Positions 1-13,435 of a DNA stretch of 64,000 nt are shown here, one piece after another. Source of the stretch: Eledone cirrhosa (lineage: Eukaryota); the NCBI GenBank assembly GCA_964016885.1, contig OZ024741.1:363754001-363818000 (forward strand). Reading direction: 5' to 3'. Position numbers and translations under genes: made by a program. Every line of letters starts with the position of its first letter. Positions within the stretch are counted from its first letter, which is position 1. The notes under the pieces are model-generated. The model made no database searches and was not told where the DNA came from. It worked only from the letters and a program-made list of their open reading frames with translations.

Positions 1-701
<701 letters not shown>

Positions 702-905
702 GTATTAATTATACTATTTATGGTTATGCAAATACAAAAACCTTTTGCAGTTATATATATTTTTATAAACCCTAAATAGTGGTAGGCAGTAATATATTAC
801 TACCTTATTACCAGTAAGTTAAATAGCTCAATGTAAAAACATCAGATGATTTACAGAGCAGTTATATGAATTATAAGAATCAAAGAACTGTTCAAAACAT
901 TTTTA

Positions 906-952
906 TGCTTACAACTGTTTCCTCCAAACCGAGGTTTGGATTCTTCGGAGCA
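906..952 (-). ncRNA. Degenerate minimal type-I hammerhead ribozyme in an AT-rich Penelope-like pLTR remnant (~702-1329)
   Basis: Minus strand reads UGCU-CCGAAGA-A-UCCAAACC-UC-GGUUUGGA-G-GAAA-CAGUUG-UA-AGCA: 4-bp stem I, 8-bp stem II, U4C core variant. Confidence 0.6.
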
Positions 953-1329
953 ATTTATTATTGAATGAACACTTATATGACCTCCTTTTCACCCAAGAGA
1001 CATACAGATACATATGCAAATATTGTGGATCAACATTCATTATAGCATTTAGAGTGGCAGTACACACTTAGAGATTACATTCATATTAAAAGATACAATC
1101 AAAAATACAGGTTAAAATACAACATGAAATTAAGCGGTTATATAGTGCAAAGGTTATATGTGTGGCAAGCACGTGCGTCTTGTTTATATAGTGTAGCAGA
1201 GAGTTACGTGTAATAGAAGCACTTAAACAGGTAATCGAGAGTGTTAAGGTGGTTGATCTGGTGATGAATTCTTTATATGATTGTTATAGTCTGTGTGTGG
1301 AGAAATAATATAAGTATTAAAAATAGTGT

Positions 1330-1534
1330 AAGCATTAAAAATATTGGAAATGCGTAGCGAAGAACATCAGACTACGATTCTCTAACTGGATTGTCAAACA
1401 CCCAATATCGAATCGTCGTAGATTATGTGAGGGGCATATAATCTGAAAAATACGCTCCCCTGACTATGAAAATGTCGCAGGGCATGAAATCCATATCATC
1501 GCTTCGCTACGCATTTCCAATATTTTTAATGCTT
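1330..1534. repeat. ~205-bp element bounded by perfect 33-bp inverted repeats (MITE-like or inversion junction)
   Basis: 1330-1362 AAGCATTAAAAATATTGGAAATGCGTAGCGAAG is the exact reverse complement of 1502-1534. Confidence 0.7.
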
Positions 1535-3735
1535 TCTGGGTAGTGACCACCGGCTTGTTATGAGTGAGGTCCGGGAGAGCTTAAGAAAGAGCAAGGCTAG
1601 GCCCCGGAGAGTAATCTATGACAGGGGAGCTTTCAAGGAAAATGATAAGCTACAGGAAAGGTTCACAGTGGAAGTGAGGAACAAGTTCAGTGCTCTGTGT
1701 GGAGAGGCAGAGGAGAGAGAGATTTGAGGGACTGAGGAGAGTGTGACGAGGAGGTACGGGTACTTCACCAGTGCAGTGGCGGAAGCAAGTGAGACCCTGG
1801 TGCCGAGGAGAAAGAACAAAAGGAAGCACGTCAGCTCTGCAGACCCAAAAGTGTGTGCAGCCAGAGAACACCTGAAAGCTGCCAAGGACCAATTCTATGC
1901 GGAGGAGAGGAAGGAGAATGTGGAAGTGATGAGGAAATAACTCTGTATCGCTTACACTGAGGCCAGAGAGGAGGCACTGATAGAGAAGATCAGAAGTGTG
2001 GAGAGAGCGGTTGACAGGTCTGGATGTAAGGAGAGCTGGATGATCATCAACAAGATCACAGGGAGGAAGAGAAGGTGTTCGAGTCAGTTCCAGGGAAGAG
2101 GGCCCGAAGATAGGAAGGGGAAATGGCTAGACCATTTTAGGACCCTACTAGGAGAACCGCCCTCCACAGCCCAGAACACTGGGGAGATCAGGCGGCTGTT
2201 TGAAGAACTGGATATTGAGACAGAGCCCTTCACCAGAGAGGAGCTTCAGAGAGCCAAGGAGAAGATCAAGGAGGGCAAGGCTTATGGAGAAGATGGAGTG
2301 GCATCAGCGGTGATGAAGAGGTGTGATTTTGATGATATCATCCTGGGGTTCTGTAACCAGGCACTGTAGAAGGGAGTTGCCCCGAATCAGTGGAGGATCA
2401 GTAACATCGTCCCATTGCCAAAGAAGGGAGATCTCTCTAACAACAACAACTACATGGGGATCTCACTGACGTCACTTGTGGCAAAGACCCTCAACAGGAT
2501 CCAGCCCGAGATGGAGAAGAAGCTCAGGGACAACCAGAACGGCTTCAGAGAGGGAAGATCAACCACCAATCACATCCTGATGCTGAGGAGGATATTAGAG
2601 GGAGCTAGAGCAAAGTGCCTTCCTGCGGTCATGGTTTTCATTGACTTTAGGAAGGCCTTTGATTCTGTGGACCGTCACTGCTTGATGAAGATCTTACAGG
2701 CTTATGGAATCCCCAAGAAGATAGTGGACCTGATATCACTGCTCTACACCAACGCCAAAGCCCAAGTCATTACACCTGATGGGATGACAGAGTTCTTTGA
2801 GATACTGGCTGGAGTGCTCCAGGGAGATACATTGGCTCCCTACCTTTTTATCATCGTAAACTATTGTATGTGCCTTGCACTGGAGAAACACCAGGACTCT
2901 GGCTTTACTGTAACACCGGCTCAGAGCAGGAGAGTTAAGGCGAAAAAGATATCGGATGCTGAATTTGCCGACGACATAGTTTTGGTGACAAATACAGTGA
3001 CGGAGGCAGAGGATTTGATGCAGGAAGTTGAGACTGTCAATGAGTGTGGGGCTGAGAATGAATGAGACTAAAACAAAATGTCTGGTAGAGAATGTTGAGA
3101 AGCCAGAGGGGATTACTAATGTAGGCGGGAAGCCGCTGGAATTAGTTGATGACTTCCTGTATTTGGGAGCAAAGATTGGGAATACGGAAGATGATGTGGT
3201 TGAGAGGAAGAGCAAAGCTTGGGCGGTATGCCACAGTTTCAGATTGGTGTGGAAGTCGGACCTTCGTAAAAACCTGAAGATCCGCCTCTTCATTGCTGTA
3301 GTGGAGTCTGTGCTGCTGTACGGGTCTGAGACTTGGACACTGACCAAGAAACTCACTCAGATGGTGGATGGGTGCTACATGAAAATGCTGAGGATGGCTC
3401 TGAACATTAATCAGTATAAACTGAGGATGAAAAACTCAGAGCTGTATGGGAGCCTCCCAAAAGTCAGCTCAAAAGTGACACAGAGGAGACTGAGGTTAGC
3501 TGAACATGCTCACCGACATCCAGAGTTGACACTGCACTCAGTGCTCCTGTCGGAGCCCCTGCATGGACACACTGGAATAGGAAGATCAAGGTTAACGTAT
3601 GTTGATGTCCTAAGGACAGACACTGGTCTGTTGGAGACACAGGACATGGCAGCGATGATGAGGGACAGAGACGGCTGGAGAGAACTCGTCTATGGATCTC
3701 GGGAATTTTACCCGCCCTAGATAGATAGATAGATA
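1535..3735 (+). mobile_element. RTE-like LINE family A, 5'-truncated, with stops and frameshifts
   Basis: APE C-terminal GSDHRLV at ~1537; RT motifs [41 protein letters not shown]; (TAGA)n tail. Confidence 0.93.
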
Positions 3736-3967
3736 TGTATATATATGTATGTGTATATATATATGTATATATATATATGTATATATGTATGTATATATGT
3801 ATATATGTATATATGTATGTATATGTATGTGTATATATATGTATGTGTATGTATATGTATATATATATGTATATGTATATATATTAATTTATTAATACTA
3901 TATATGTATATATATTAATTTATAATTACTATATATGTATATATGTATATATGTATATATATATATA
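3736..3967. repeat. (TA)n/(TATG)n microsatellite
   Basis: Seen directly in the sequence. Confidence 0.95.
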
Positions 3968-4166
3968 TTTATTTAGGTTTGAAGGTTCACCACTGGATAG
4001 AGCTGGTCATTCCGTATGGCCAATCTTGATGTAATAATATGGAGGGTACTCAAGGTAAAGCAGCTCAACCGTCTTCGTTTGTGTAGTTGGTGGTGCTAGT
4101 ACGGAGTTAAATATTATAATAAAATAACAGGAGGCTGGACTTGTGTAAATCCTTGAAAGGTTTATT

Positions 4167-4224
4167 ATACTATGATCATTTCAATGACCGGGTTCCGTAT
4201 GAATCCGGTGATATCATCAGGTAT
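4167..4224 (-). ncRNA. Minimal type-I hammerhead ribozyme
   Basis: AUAC-CUGAUGA-stem II (ACCGG/CCGGU)-GAAA-UGAUCA (palindromic stem III)-UA-GUAU. Confidence 0.8.
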
Positions 4225-6171
4225 TCGAAATATAATAACTGAATGTAATAGATAAAATCCATGGGGCTGAAAATCATAGACCCGAGGATGACCGACCATC
4301 TAGCATCCTCCACTTTAGCCAGTCGCCCTCAAGTGTTGGCTATTCGGTCTACTTGACGCTATCTGGTGAGGAGGCTAAAGCTTATAGTGTGCTACTAACC
4401 TCCCGGTCAAATAGAAGAAAAAGAAAGGAAGAGGAAGCTAAGTCAGCGTTAATATCATGCTACAAGAAAAAAGACAGAAAGAAAGAGGAAGAAAAGGAAG
4501 AAGAAGAAGAAAAGTTAGCGTTAATGTCAAGTTACAAGAAGAAAGACAGAAAGAAAGAGGAAGAAAAGTCCGTACTGATGTCATGCTACAGTCAGGCCAG
4601 GAATGCCGCGAAAAAGTTTATTCTAAAGGACCCGTATCTTAACAGAGGTATATATTATAACAGAGGTAAATATAGTGGGGGTCTGCATGTTATAATGTGT
4701 GAGCAGAAGATTGGAACGTTACATTTTTGTTTAAATTTATAGGATGAAGTTACAAAAATTTAAGATTAACATTATAAAATTAAAAAAATTAGAAAATTGA
4801 AAATTAAACAGTTTAAAAGTTTTAAGGTTTTGGGTTGCGAGGTTTAGTTAAAGAAAGAGTCTTTTATGAAGAAACTTTAATTGTATTATAGAGTAAAGAT
4901 TATGTCCTTGTTTATGTCCAGTCAAACAGCATGCGGCGACTGCAGACTCCGGCCAGCCCATCCTAACCGCGTGTCAGCCATTCCGAGTGAGATCGCCTAG
5001 CGAAAGATATGGAAATCAATTATTCCAAGCACTCAAGGAATGTATTCCAAGCTTCGGGTGTGCTAGTGGGGAGTCAACCATCGTTGTTATGCCATTGTTA
5101 TACCAAACGAGTACTATTAATTTATACATGAGGGGGATTTGTTTAAGTAGAGGGAGGCCTGATACAGCTAATATTTATAATTAGGCCTAGAATTTAAAGG
5201 TACTATATGGCGGTCAAAAAGTGGCTGAGCAGCGGGCCCTGGGCGAATCAGCCGCTCCGAGTAATTTCATTTACTGAAAGAAGGGGAAAATTATTTTTCC
5301 AAGCACTCAAGGTTGGCCCATGCACCAGGAGGCCGGTCTCGCAGCCAGGAAAACCAACACAACAGTTGGATCATCGCGTGTAATCAATTATAAAACTCGA
5401 TGAAGTGCAAATAGACTATATCTAGGTCCCCGGGTAGTTCGGATAATAGGTATTGTTGTACTCAGGGAGAGACATTCTAGTGTCGTGTGCTAATGGGTAC
5501 AAGCGAGTAAAAGTCCGAATAAGAGGAGTAAAAAATATATGGATATATAGAAGTAGAATACGTAGAAAAAGCACATTAATAAAGTAAAGGTAGAAAGATA
5601 TAAATAAACAAGAGTGGTGGTGGAGTAAAATGGAGAAATCAAAACAGGAGAAATACAATATAGTTCAAGTTGCAGTCAGATAATGCATATAGATGTGGAA
5701 TGGAATCAGTGTGTGTTCGAGTCTGAGAATTCAGTGTGAGTTATAAAGGCTCTGAAGTATAGGGTAGAGAATTTTGTCAATACAGTGCAGTACAATACAG
5801 GTTAAGGTATATTCCGTAGAATGTTGTCGAAGTCTGAATATTCCGAGAGGGAAGTAGCATTGGGCCAGGTTGGGGATAGACAAAGCGCAGAGTAGCCAAA
5901 ATCCGAATGGTGGTTCGATCTATTCAGTCCCATGCCGCTGTTCATTATTACATTTGGAAGTACTCAACATTTCAGGTGCATTATTTATTCAGGTTTGAAG
6001 GTTCACCACTGGATAGAGCTGGTCAATCTTAATGTAATAACATGGAGAGTACTCAACGTAAAGCAGTTCAACCGTCTTCGTTTTTGTAGTTGGTGGTGCT
6101 AGTACGGAGTTAAATATTATAATAAAATAACAGGAGGCTGGACTTGTGTAAATCCATTTATTATATTTCGA

Positions 6172-6229
6172 ATACCTGATGATATCACCGGATTCATACG
6201 GAACCCGGTCATTGAAATGATCATAGTAT
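6172..6229 (+). ncRNA. Minimal type-I hammerhead ribozyme (inverted copy of 4167-4224)
   Basis: CTGATGA at 6176-6182, GAAA at 6214-6217, TGATCA, TA, stem I ATAC/GTAT, followed by AATAAA. Confidence 0.8.
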
Positions 6230-6275
6230 AATAAACCTTTCAAGGATTTACACAAGTCCAGCCTCCTGTTATTTT

Positions 6276-6342
<67 letters not shown>

Positions 6343-6384
6343 TATATGTATATATATATGTATATATATATGTATATATATATG

Positions 6385-9300
6385 TATTAGAAAGATCGAG
6401 TATCGAAAAATCGGCGCACGAGTTCACGATAAACGAGATTCGACATGAGCGGCAGAGGGCTCAATAATTCAGATGAATCAGAGCTATAACTATCGTTAAA
6501 ATACCGTCACATATAGAACAAGTCTACAATCAACCATACGATTTAAAATCGATAAAGGAAGATTCGGGACAAACAGATAAAAAATATCAATAAAACAATA
6601 CGTCAATAATTTAAATGAATGTAAAATCATACCCGGACCCACTAGACAGGTGTTAAATCTAGCTTCATGGGTTTCTGTAAATCCTTAGACTGTACTCTAT
6701 CAGCTCACATATAAATATAAAAGCCTACTAGAGCAAGCGGAACGGAGTTTTACTTTCTCAACGAGTTTTTTTCCTGGCGGTAGAGGAGCCAACTACCAGT
6801 GAAAAACGCACATGGCATTAGACAAGGGAGATAACCCCTATATCCGCGAAAACAATTCGAGTGAATGTGGAAATACACATATCGAATTAGAGTGCTCAAT
6901 AGACATGTTAAAATAAAACAAAAGCTATTCATCACTCAATAGAATCGACAAAAAATGAGCAATAAAATTAACTGGTGGATAGCTATGTCCAGAGCTAAAT
7001 ATATTAGAAAGATCGAGTATCGAAAAATCGGCGCACGAGTTCACGATAAACGAGATTCGACATGAGCGGCAGAGGGCTCAATAATTCAGATGAATCAGAG
7101 CTATAACTATCGTTAAAATACCGTCACATATAGAACAAGTCTACAATCAACCATACGATTTAAAATCGATAAAGGAAGATTCGGGACAAACAGATAAAAA
7201 ATATCAATAAAACAATACGTCAATAATTTAAATGAATGTAAAATCATACCCGGACCCACTAGACAGGTGTTAAATCTAGCTTCATGGGTTTCTGTAAATC
7301 CTTAGACTGTACTCTATCAGCTCACATATAAATATAAAAGCCTACTAGAGCAAGCGGAACGAGTTTTACTTTCTCAACGAGTTTTTTTCCTGGCGGTAGA
7401 GGAGCCAACTACCAGTGAAAAACGCACATGGCATTAGACAAGGGAGATAACCCCTATATCCGCGAAAACAATTCGAGTGAATGTGGAAATACACATATCG
7501 AATTAGAGTGCTCAATAGACATGTTAAAATAAAACAAAAGCTATTCATCACTCAATAGAATCGACAAAAAATGAGCAATAAAATTAACTGGTGGATAGCT
7601 ATGTCCAGAGCTAAATATATTAGAAAGATCGAGTATCGAAAAATCGGCGCACGAGTTCACGATAAACGAGATTCGACATGAGCGGCAGAGGGCTCAATAA
7701 TTCAGATGAATCAGAGCTATAACTATCGTTAAAATACCGTCACATATAGAACAAGTCTACAATCAACCATACGATTTAAAATCGATAAAGGAAGATTCGG
7801 GACAAACAGATAAAAAATATCAATAAAACAATACGTCAATAATTTAAATGAATGTAAAATCATACCCGGACTCACTAGACAGGTGTTAAATCTAGCTTCA
7901 TGGGTTTCTGTAAATCCTTAGACTGTACTCTATCAGCTCACATATAAATATAAAAGCCTACTAGAGCAAGCGGAACGGAGTTTTACTTTCTCAACGAGTT
8001 TTTTTCCTGGCGGTAGAGGAGCCAACTACCAGTGAAAAACGCACATGGCATTAGACAAGGGAGATAACCCCTATATCCGCGAAAACAATTCGAGTGAATG
8101 TGGAAATACACATATCGAATTAGAGTGCTCAATAGACATGTTAAAATAAAACAAAAGCTATTCATCACTCAATAGAATCGACAAAAAATGAGCAATAAAA
8201 TTAACTGGTGGATAGCTATGTCCAGAGCTAAATATATTAGAAAGATCGAGTATCGAAAAATCGGCGCACGAGTTCACGATAAACGAGATTCGACATGAGC
8301 GGCAGAGGGCTCAATAATTCAGATGAATCAGAGCTATAACTATCGTTAAAATACCGTCACATATAGAACAAGTCTACAATCAACCATACGATTTAAAATC
8401 GATAAAGGAAGATTCGGGACAAACAGATAAAAAATATCAATAAAACAATACGTCAATAATTTAAATGAATGTAAAATCATACCCGGACCCACTAGACAGG
8501 TGTTAAATCTAGCTTCATGGGTTTCTGTAAATCCTTAGACTGTACTCTATCAGCTCACATATAAATATAAAAGCCTACTAGAGCAAGCGGAACGGAGTTT
8601 TACTTTCTCAACGAGTTTTTTTCCTGGCGGTAGAGGAGCCAACTACCAGTGAAAAACGCACATGGCATTAGACAAGGGAGATAACCCCTATATCCGCGAA
8701 AACAATTCGAGTGAATGTGGAAATACACATATCGAATTAGAGTGCTCAATAGACATGTTAAAATAAAACAAAAGCTATTCATCACTCAATAGAATCGACA
8801 AAAAATGAGCAATAAAATTAACTGGTGGATAGCTATGTCCAGAGCTAAATATATTAGAAAGATCGAGTATCGAAAAATCGGCGCACGAGTTCACGATAAA
8901 CGAGATTCGACATGAGCGGCAGAGGGCTCAATAATTCAGATGAATCAGAGCTATAACTATCGTTAAAATACCGTCACATATAGAACAAGTCTACAATCAA
9001 CCATACGATTTAAAATCGATAAAGGAAGATTCGGGACAAACAGATAAAAAATATCAATAAAACAATACGTCAATAATTTAAATGAATGTAAAATCATACC
9101 CGGACCCACTAGACAGGTGTTAAATCTAGCTTCATGGGTTTCTGTAAATCCTTAGACTGTACTCTATCAGCTCACATATAAATATAAAAGCCTACTAGAG
9201 CAAGCGGAACGGAGTTTTACTTTCTCAACGAGTTTTTTTCCTGGCGGTAGAGGAGCCAACTACCAGTGAAAAACGCACATGGCATTAGACAAGGGAGATA

Positions 9301-12300
9301 ACCCCTATATCCGCGAAAACAATTCGAGTGAATGTGGAAATACACATATCGAATTAGAGTGCTCAATAGACATGTTAAAATAAAACAAAAGCTATTCATC
9401 ACTCAATAGAATCGACAAAAATGAGCAATAAAATTAACTGGTGGATAGCTATGTCCAGAGCTAAATATATTAGAAAGATCGAGTATCGAAAAATCGGCGC
9501 ACGAGTTCACGATAAACGAGATTCGACATGAGCGGCAGAGGGCTCAATAATTCAGATGAATCAGAGCTATAACTATCGTTAAAATACCGTCACATATAGA
9601 ACAAGTCTACAATCAACCATACGATTTAAAATCGATAAAGGAAGATTCGGGACAAACAGATAAAAAATATCAATAAAACAATACGTCAATAATTTAAATG
9701 AATGTAAAATCATACCCGGACCCACTAGACAGGTGTTAAATCTAGCTTCATGGGTTTCTGTAAATCCTTAGACTGTACTCTATCAGCTCACATATAAATA
9801 TAAAAGCCTACTAGAGCAAGCGGAACGGAGTTTTACTTTCTCAACGAGTTTTTTTCCTGGCGGTAGAGGAGCCAACTACCAGTGAAAAACGCACATGGCA
9901 TTAGACAAGGGAGATAACCCCTATATCCGCGAAAACAATTCGAGTGAATGTGGAAATACACATATCGAATTAGAGTGCTCAATAGACATGTTAAAATAAA
10001 ACAAAAGCTATTCATCACTCAATAGAATCGACAAAAAATGAGCAATAAAATTAACTGGTGGATAGCTATGTCCAGAGCTAAATATATTAGAAAGATCGAG
10101 TATCGAAAAATCGGCGCACGAGTTCACGATAAACGAGATTCGACATGAGCGGCAGAGGGCTCAATAATTCAGATGAATCAGAGCTATAACTATCGTTAAA
10201 ATACCGTCACATATAGAACAAGTCTACAATCAACCATACGATTTAAAATCGATAAAGGAAGATTCGGGACAAACAGATAAAAAATATCAATAAAACAATA
10301 CGTCAATAATTTAAATGAATGTAAAATCATACCCGGACCCACTAGACAGGTGTTAAATCTAGCTTCATGGGTTTCTGTAAATCCTTAGACTGTACTCTAT
10401 CAGCTCACATATAAATATAAAAGCCTACTAGAGCAAGCGGAACGGAGTTTTACTTTCTCAACGAGTTTTTTCCTGGCGGTAGAGGAGCCAACTACCAGTG
10501 AAAAACGCACATGGCATTAGACAAGGGAGATAACCCCTATATCCGCGAAAACAATTCGAGTGAATGTGGAAATACACATATCGAATTAGAGTGCTCAATA
10601 GACATGTTAAAATAAAACAAAAGCTATTCATCACTCAATAGAATCAACAAAAAATGAGCAATAAAATTAACTGGTGGATAGCTATGTCCAGAGCTAAATA
10701 TATTAGAAAGATCGAGTATCGAAAAATCGGCGCACGAGTTCACGATAAACGAGATTCGACATGAGCGGCAGAGGGCTCAATAATTCAGATGAATCAGAGC
10801 TATAACTATCGTTAAAATACCGTCACATATAGAACAAGTCTACAATCAACCATACGATTTAAAATCGATAAAGGAAGATTCGGGACAAACAGATAAAAAA
10901 TATCAATAAAACAATACGTCAATAATTTAAATGAATGTAAAATCATACCCGGACCCACTAGACAGGTGTTAAATCTAGCTTCATGGGTTTCTGTAAATCC
11001 TTAGACTGTACTCTATCAGCTCACATATAAATATAAAAGCCTACTAGAGCAAGCGGAACGGAGTTTTACTGTCTCAACGAGTTTTTTTCCTGGCGGTAGA
11101 GGAGCCAACTACCAGTGAAAAACGCACATGGCATTAGACAAGGGAGATAACCCCTATATCCGCGAAAACAATTCGAGTGAATGTGGAAATACACATATCG
11201 AATTAGAGTGCTCAATAGACATGTTAAAATAAAACAAAAGCTATTCATCACTCAATAGAATCGACAAAAAATGAGCAATAAAATTAACTGGTGGATAGCT
11301 ATGTCCAGAGCTAAATATATTAGAAAGATCGAGTATCGAAAAATCGGCGCACGAGTTCACGATAAACGAGATTCGACATGAGCGGCAGAGGGCTCAATAA
11401 TTCAGATGAATCAGAGCTATAACTATCGTTAAAATACCGTCACATATAGAACAAGTCTACAATCAACCATACGATTTAAAATCGATAAAGGAAGATTCGG
11501 GACAAACAGATAAAAAATATCAATAAAACAATACGTCAATAATTTAAATGAATGTAAAATCATACCCGGACCCACTAGACAGGTGTTAAATCTAGCTTCA
11601 TGGGTTTCTGTAAATCCTTAGACTGTACTCTATCAGCTCACATATAAATAAAAAGCCTACTAGAGCAAGCGGAACGGAGTTTTACTTTCTCAACGAGTTT
11701 TTTTCCTGGCGGTAGAGGAGCCAACTACCAGTGAAAAACGCACATGGCATTAGACAAGGGAGATAACCCCTATATCCGCGAAAACAATTCGAGTGAATGT
11801 GGAAATACACATATCGAATTAGAGTGCTCAATAGACATGTTAAAATAAAACAAAAGCTATTCATCACTCAATAGAATCGACAAAAAATGAGCAATAAAAT
11901 TAACTGGTGGATAGCTATGTCCAGAGCTAAATATATTAGAAAGATCGAGTATCGAAAAATCGGCGCACGAGTTCACGATAAACGAGATTCGACATGAGCG
12001 GCAGAGGGCTCAATAATTCAGATGAATCAGAGCTATAACTATCGTTAAAATACCGTCACATATAGAACAAGTCTACAATCAACCATACGATTTAAAATCG
12101 ATAAAGGAAGATTCGGGACAAACAGATAAAAAATATCAATAAAACAATACGTCAATAATTTAAATGAATGTAAAATCATACCCGGACCCACTAGACAGGT
12201 GTTAAATCTAGCTTCATGGGTTTCTGTAAATCCTTAGACTGTACTCTATCAGCTCACATATAAATATAAAAGCCTACTAGAGCAAGCGGAACGGAGTTTT

Positions 12301-12789
12301 ACTTTCTCAACGAGTTTTTTTCCTGGCGGTAGAGGAGCCAACTACCAGTGAAAAACGCACATGGCATTAGACAAGGGAGATAACCCCTATATCCGCGAAA
12401 ACAATTCGAGTGAATGTGGAAATACACATATCGAATTAGAGTGCTCAATAGACATGTTAAAATAAAACAAAAGCTATTCATCACTCAATAGAATCGACAA
12501 AAAATGAGCAATAAAATTAACTGGTGGATAGCTATGTCCAGAGCTAAATATATTAGAAAGATCGAGTATCGAAAAATCGGCGCACGAGTTCACGATAAAC
12601 GAGATTCGACATGAGCGGCAGAGGGCTCAATAATTCAGATGAATCAGAGCTATAACTATCGTTAAAATACCGTCACATATAGAATAAGTCTACAATCAAC
12701 CATACGATTTAAAATCGATAAAGGAAGATTCGGGACAAACAGATAAAAAATATCAATAAAACAATACGTCAATAATTTAAATGAATGTA
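6385..12789. repeat. Tandem array of a ~617-bp unit, 10 full copies plus ~238 bp
   Basis: TATTAGAAAGATCGAG recurs every 616-617 bp from 6385 to ~12551; copies differ only by a few single-base changes. Confidence 0.99.
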
Positions 12790-12949
12790 TGTATATAATA
12801 AAAAGTTACAGTATCGTAAAGGAGGATAGAAAGAGGAGGTATAAAGAGGTGCGATACAGAGTATTACATGCCAAAAGCGGGTGCATAAGTGCTCGATGCT
12901 TGTGTTATCATTGTTAAATATTAGTGTACAAGGATAAGCAGAGCGGTGA

Positions 12950-13020
12950 TAGGCAAAATGAGGTTCTACCTTGCAAGCAGGGAAAAGCGAACGTAAAATG
13001 ATGATGATGATGATGATGAT
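12950..13020 (+). mobile_element. 3' tip of RTE family C (or a related SINE tail)
   Basis: CCTTGCAAGCAGGGAAAAGCGAACGTAAAA-(TGA)n, the same terminus as at 24848-24895 on the minus strand. Confidence 0.75.
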
Positions 13021-13051
13021 ATGTATGTATATGTATATATATATATGTATG

Positions 13052-13098
<47 letters not shown>

Positions 13099-13105
<7 letters not shown>

Positions 13106-13380
13106 GCTGACGGCCGTATGTATGTAACAAACTTTTGGCAAAACGGCTGGACCAAAAAGAACCAAATTTGCACCATAGATGTAACTTTTTTCAAGGAAGA
13201 AAGTGAGGGTATTTTTGTCTACTAAATTTCGTTATTATTGATTAAAGATATTTTATTATTTATCTAAAGATTCACTTCTTTAAAATTTTCAAATGTCAAC
13301 ATTTCCGGTTAGCGATCGCTTAAATAAACATGCATATATTTTGCAGTTTATATATAATATTGTCTTTTTTTTAAATGTAT
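13099..13380 (+). mobile_element. 5' fragment of the non-autonomous Helitron family
   Basis: ATAAAGCTGACGGCCGTATGTATGTAACAAAC matches the 5' ends at 17641(+) and 14720(-). Confidence 0.8.
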
Positions 13381-13435
13381 CTCTATCTATATTATTAAAG
13401 CTGACTACATTACTGGTATTTTATTATATATAATA

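Larger units (their letters stand above)
3968..6285 (-). mobile_element. Non-autonomous Penelope-like/retrozyme-like element with direct terminal repeats and an inverted terminal segment
   Basis: 3968-4152 is repeated at 5984-6155; 6159-6285 is the reverse complement of ~4111-4237; hammerheads lie in the repeats; no RT ORF inside. Confidence 0.75.

Noticed and set aside
4353-4742. Lys/Glu-rich 129-aa ORF
   Set aside because: Arises from purine-rich short repeats on the strand opposite the element's ribozyme; non-ATG start
6630-6660. Twister-like UAACACCUGUC..GGUCC on the minus strand of the array unit
   Set aside because: Lacks the downstream conserved AAGC and GAG elements and the pseudoknot pairings
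6750-12484. Repeated 61-aa ORF MMNSFCFILT.. as a tandem peptide gene family
   Set aside because: No recognisable domain or splice structure, frameshifted in one unit, and its identity simply follows from the DNA repeat
6385-12789. Array as a Helitron head-to-tail concatemer, CRISPR array, or tRNA/5S/snRNA cluster
   Set aside because: No hairpin-CTAG|TC junction, no unique spacers, and no recognisable box A/B or known RNA sequence
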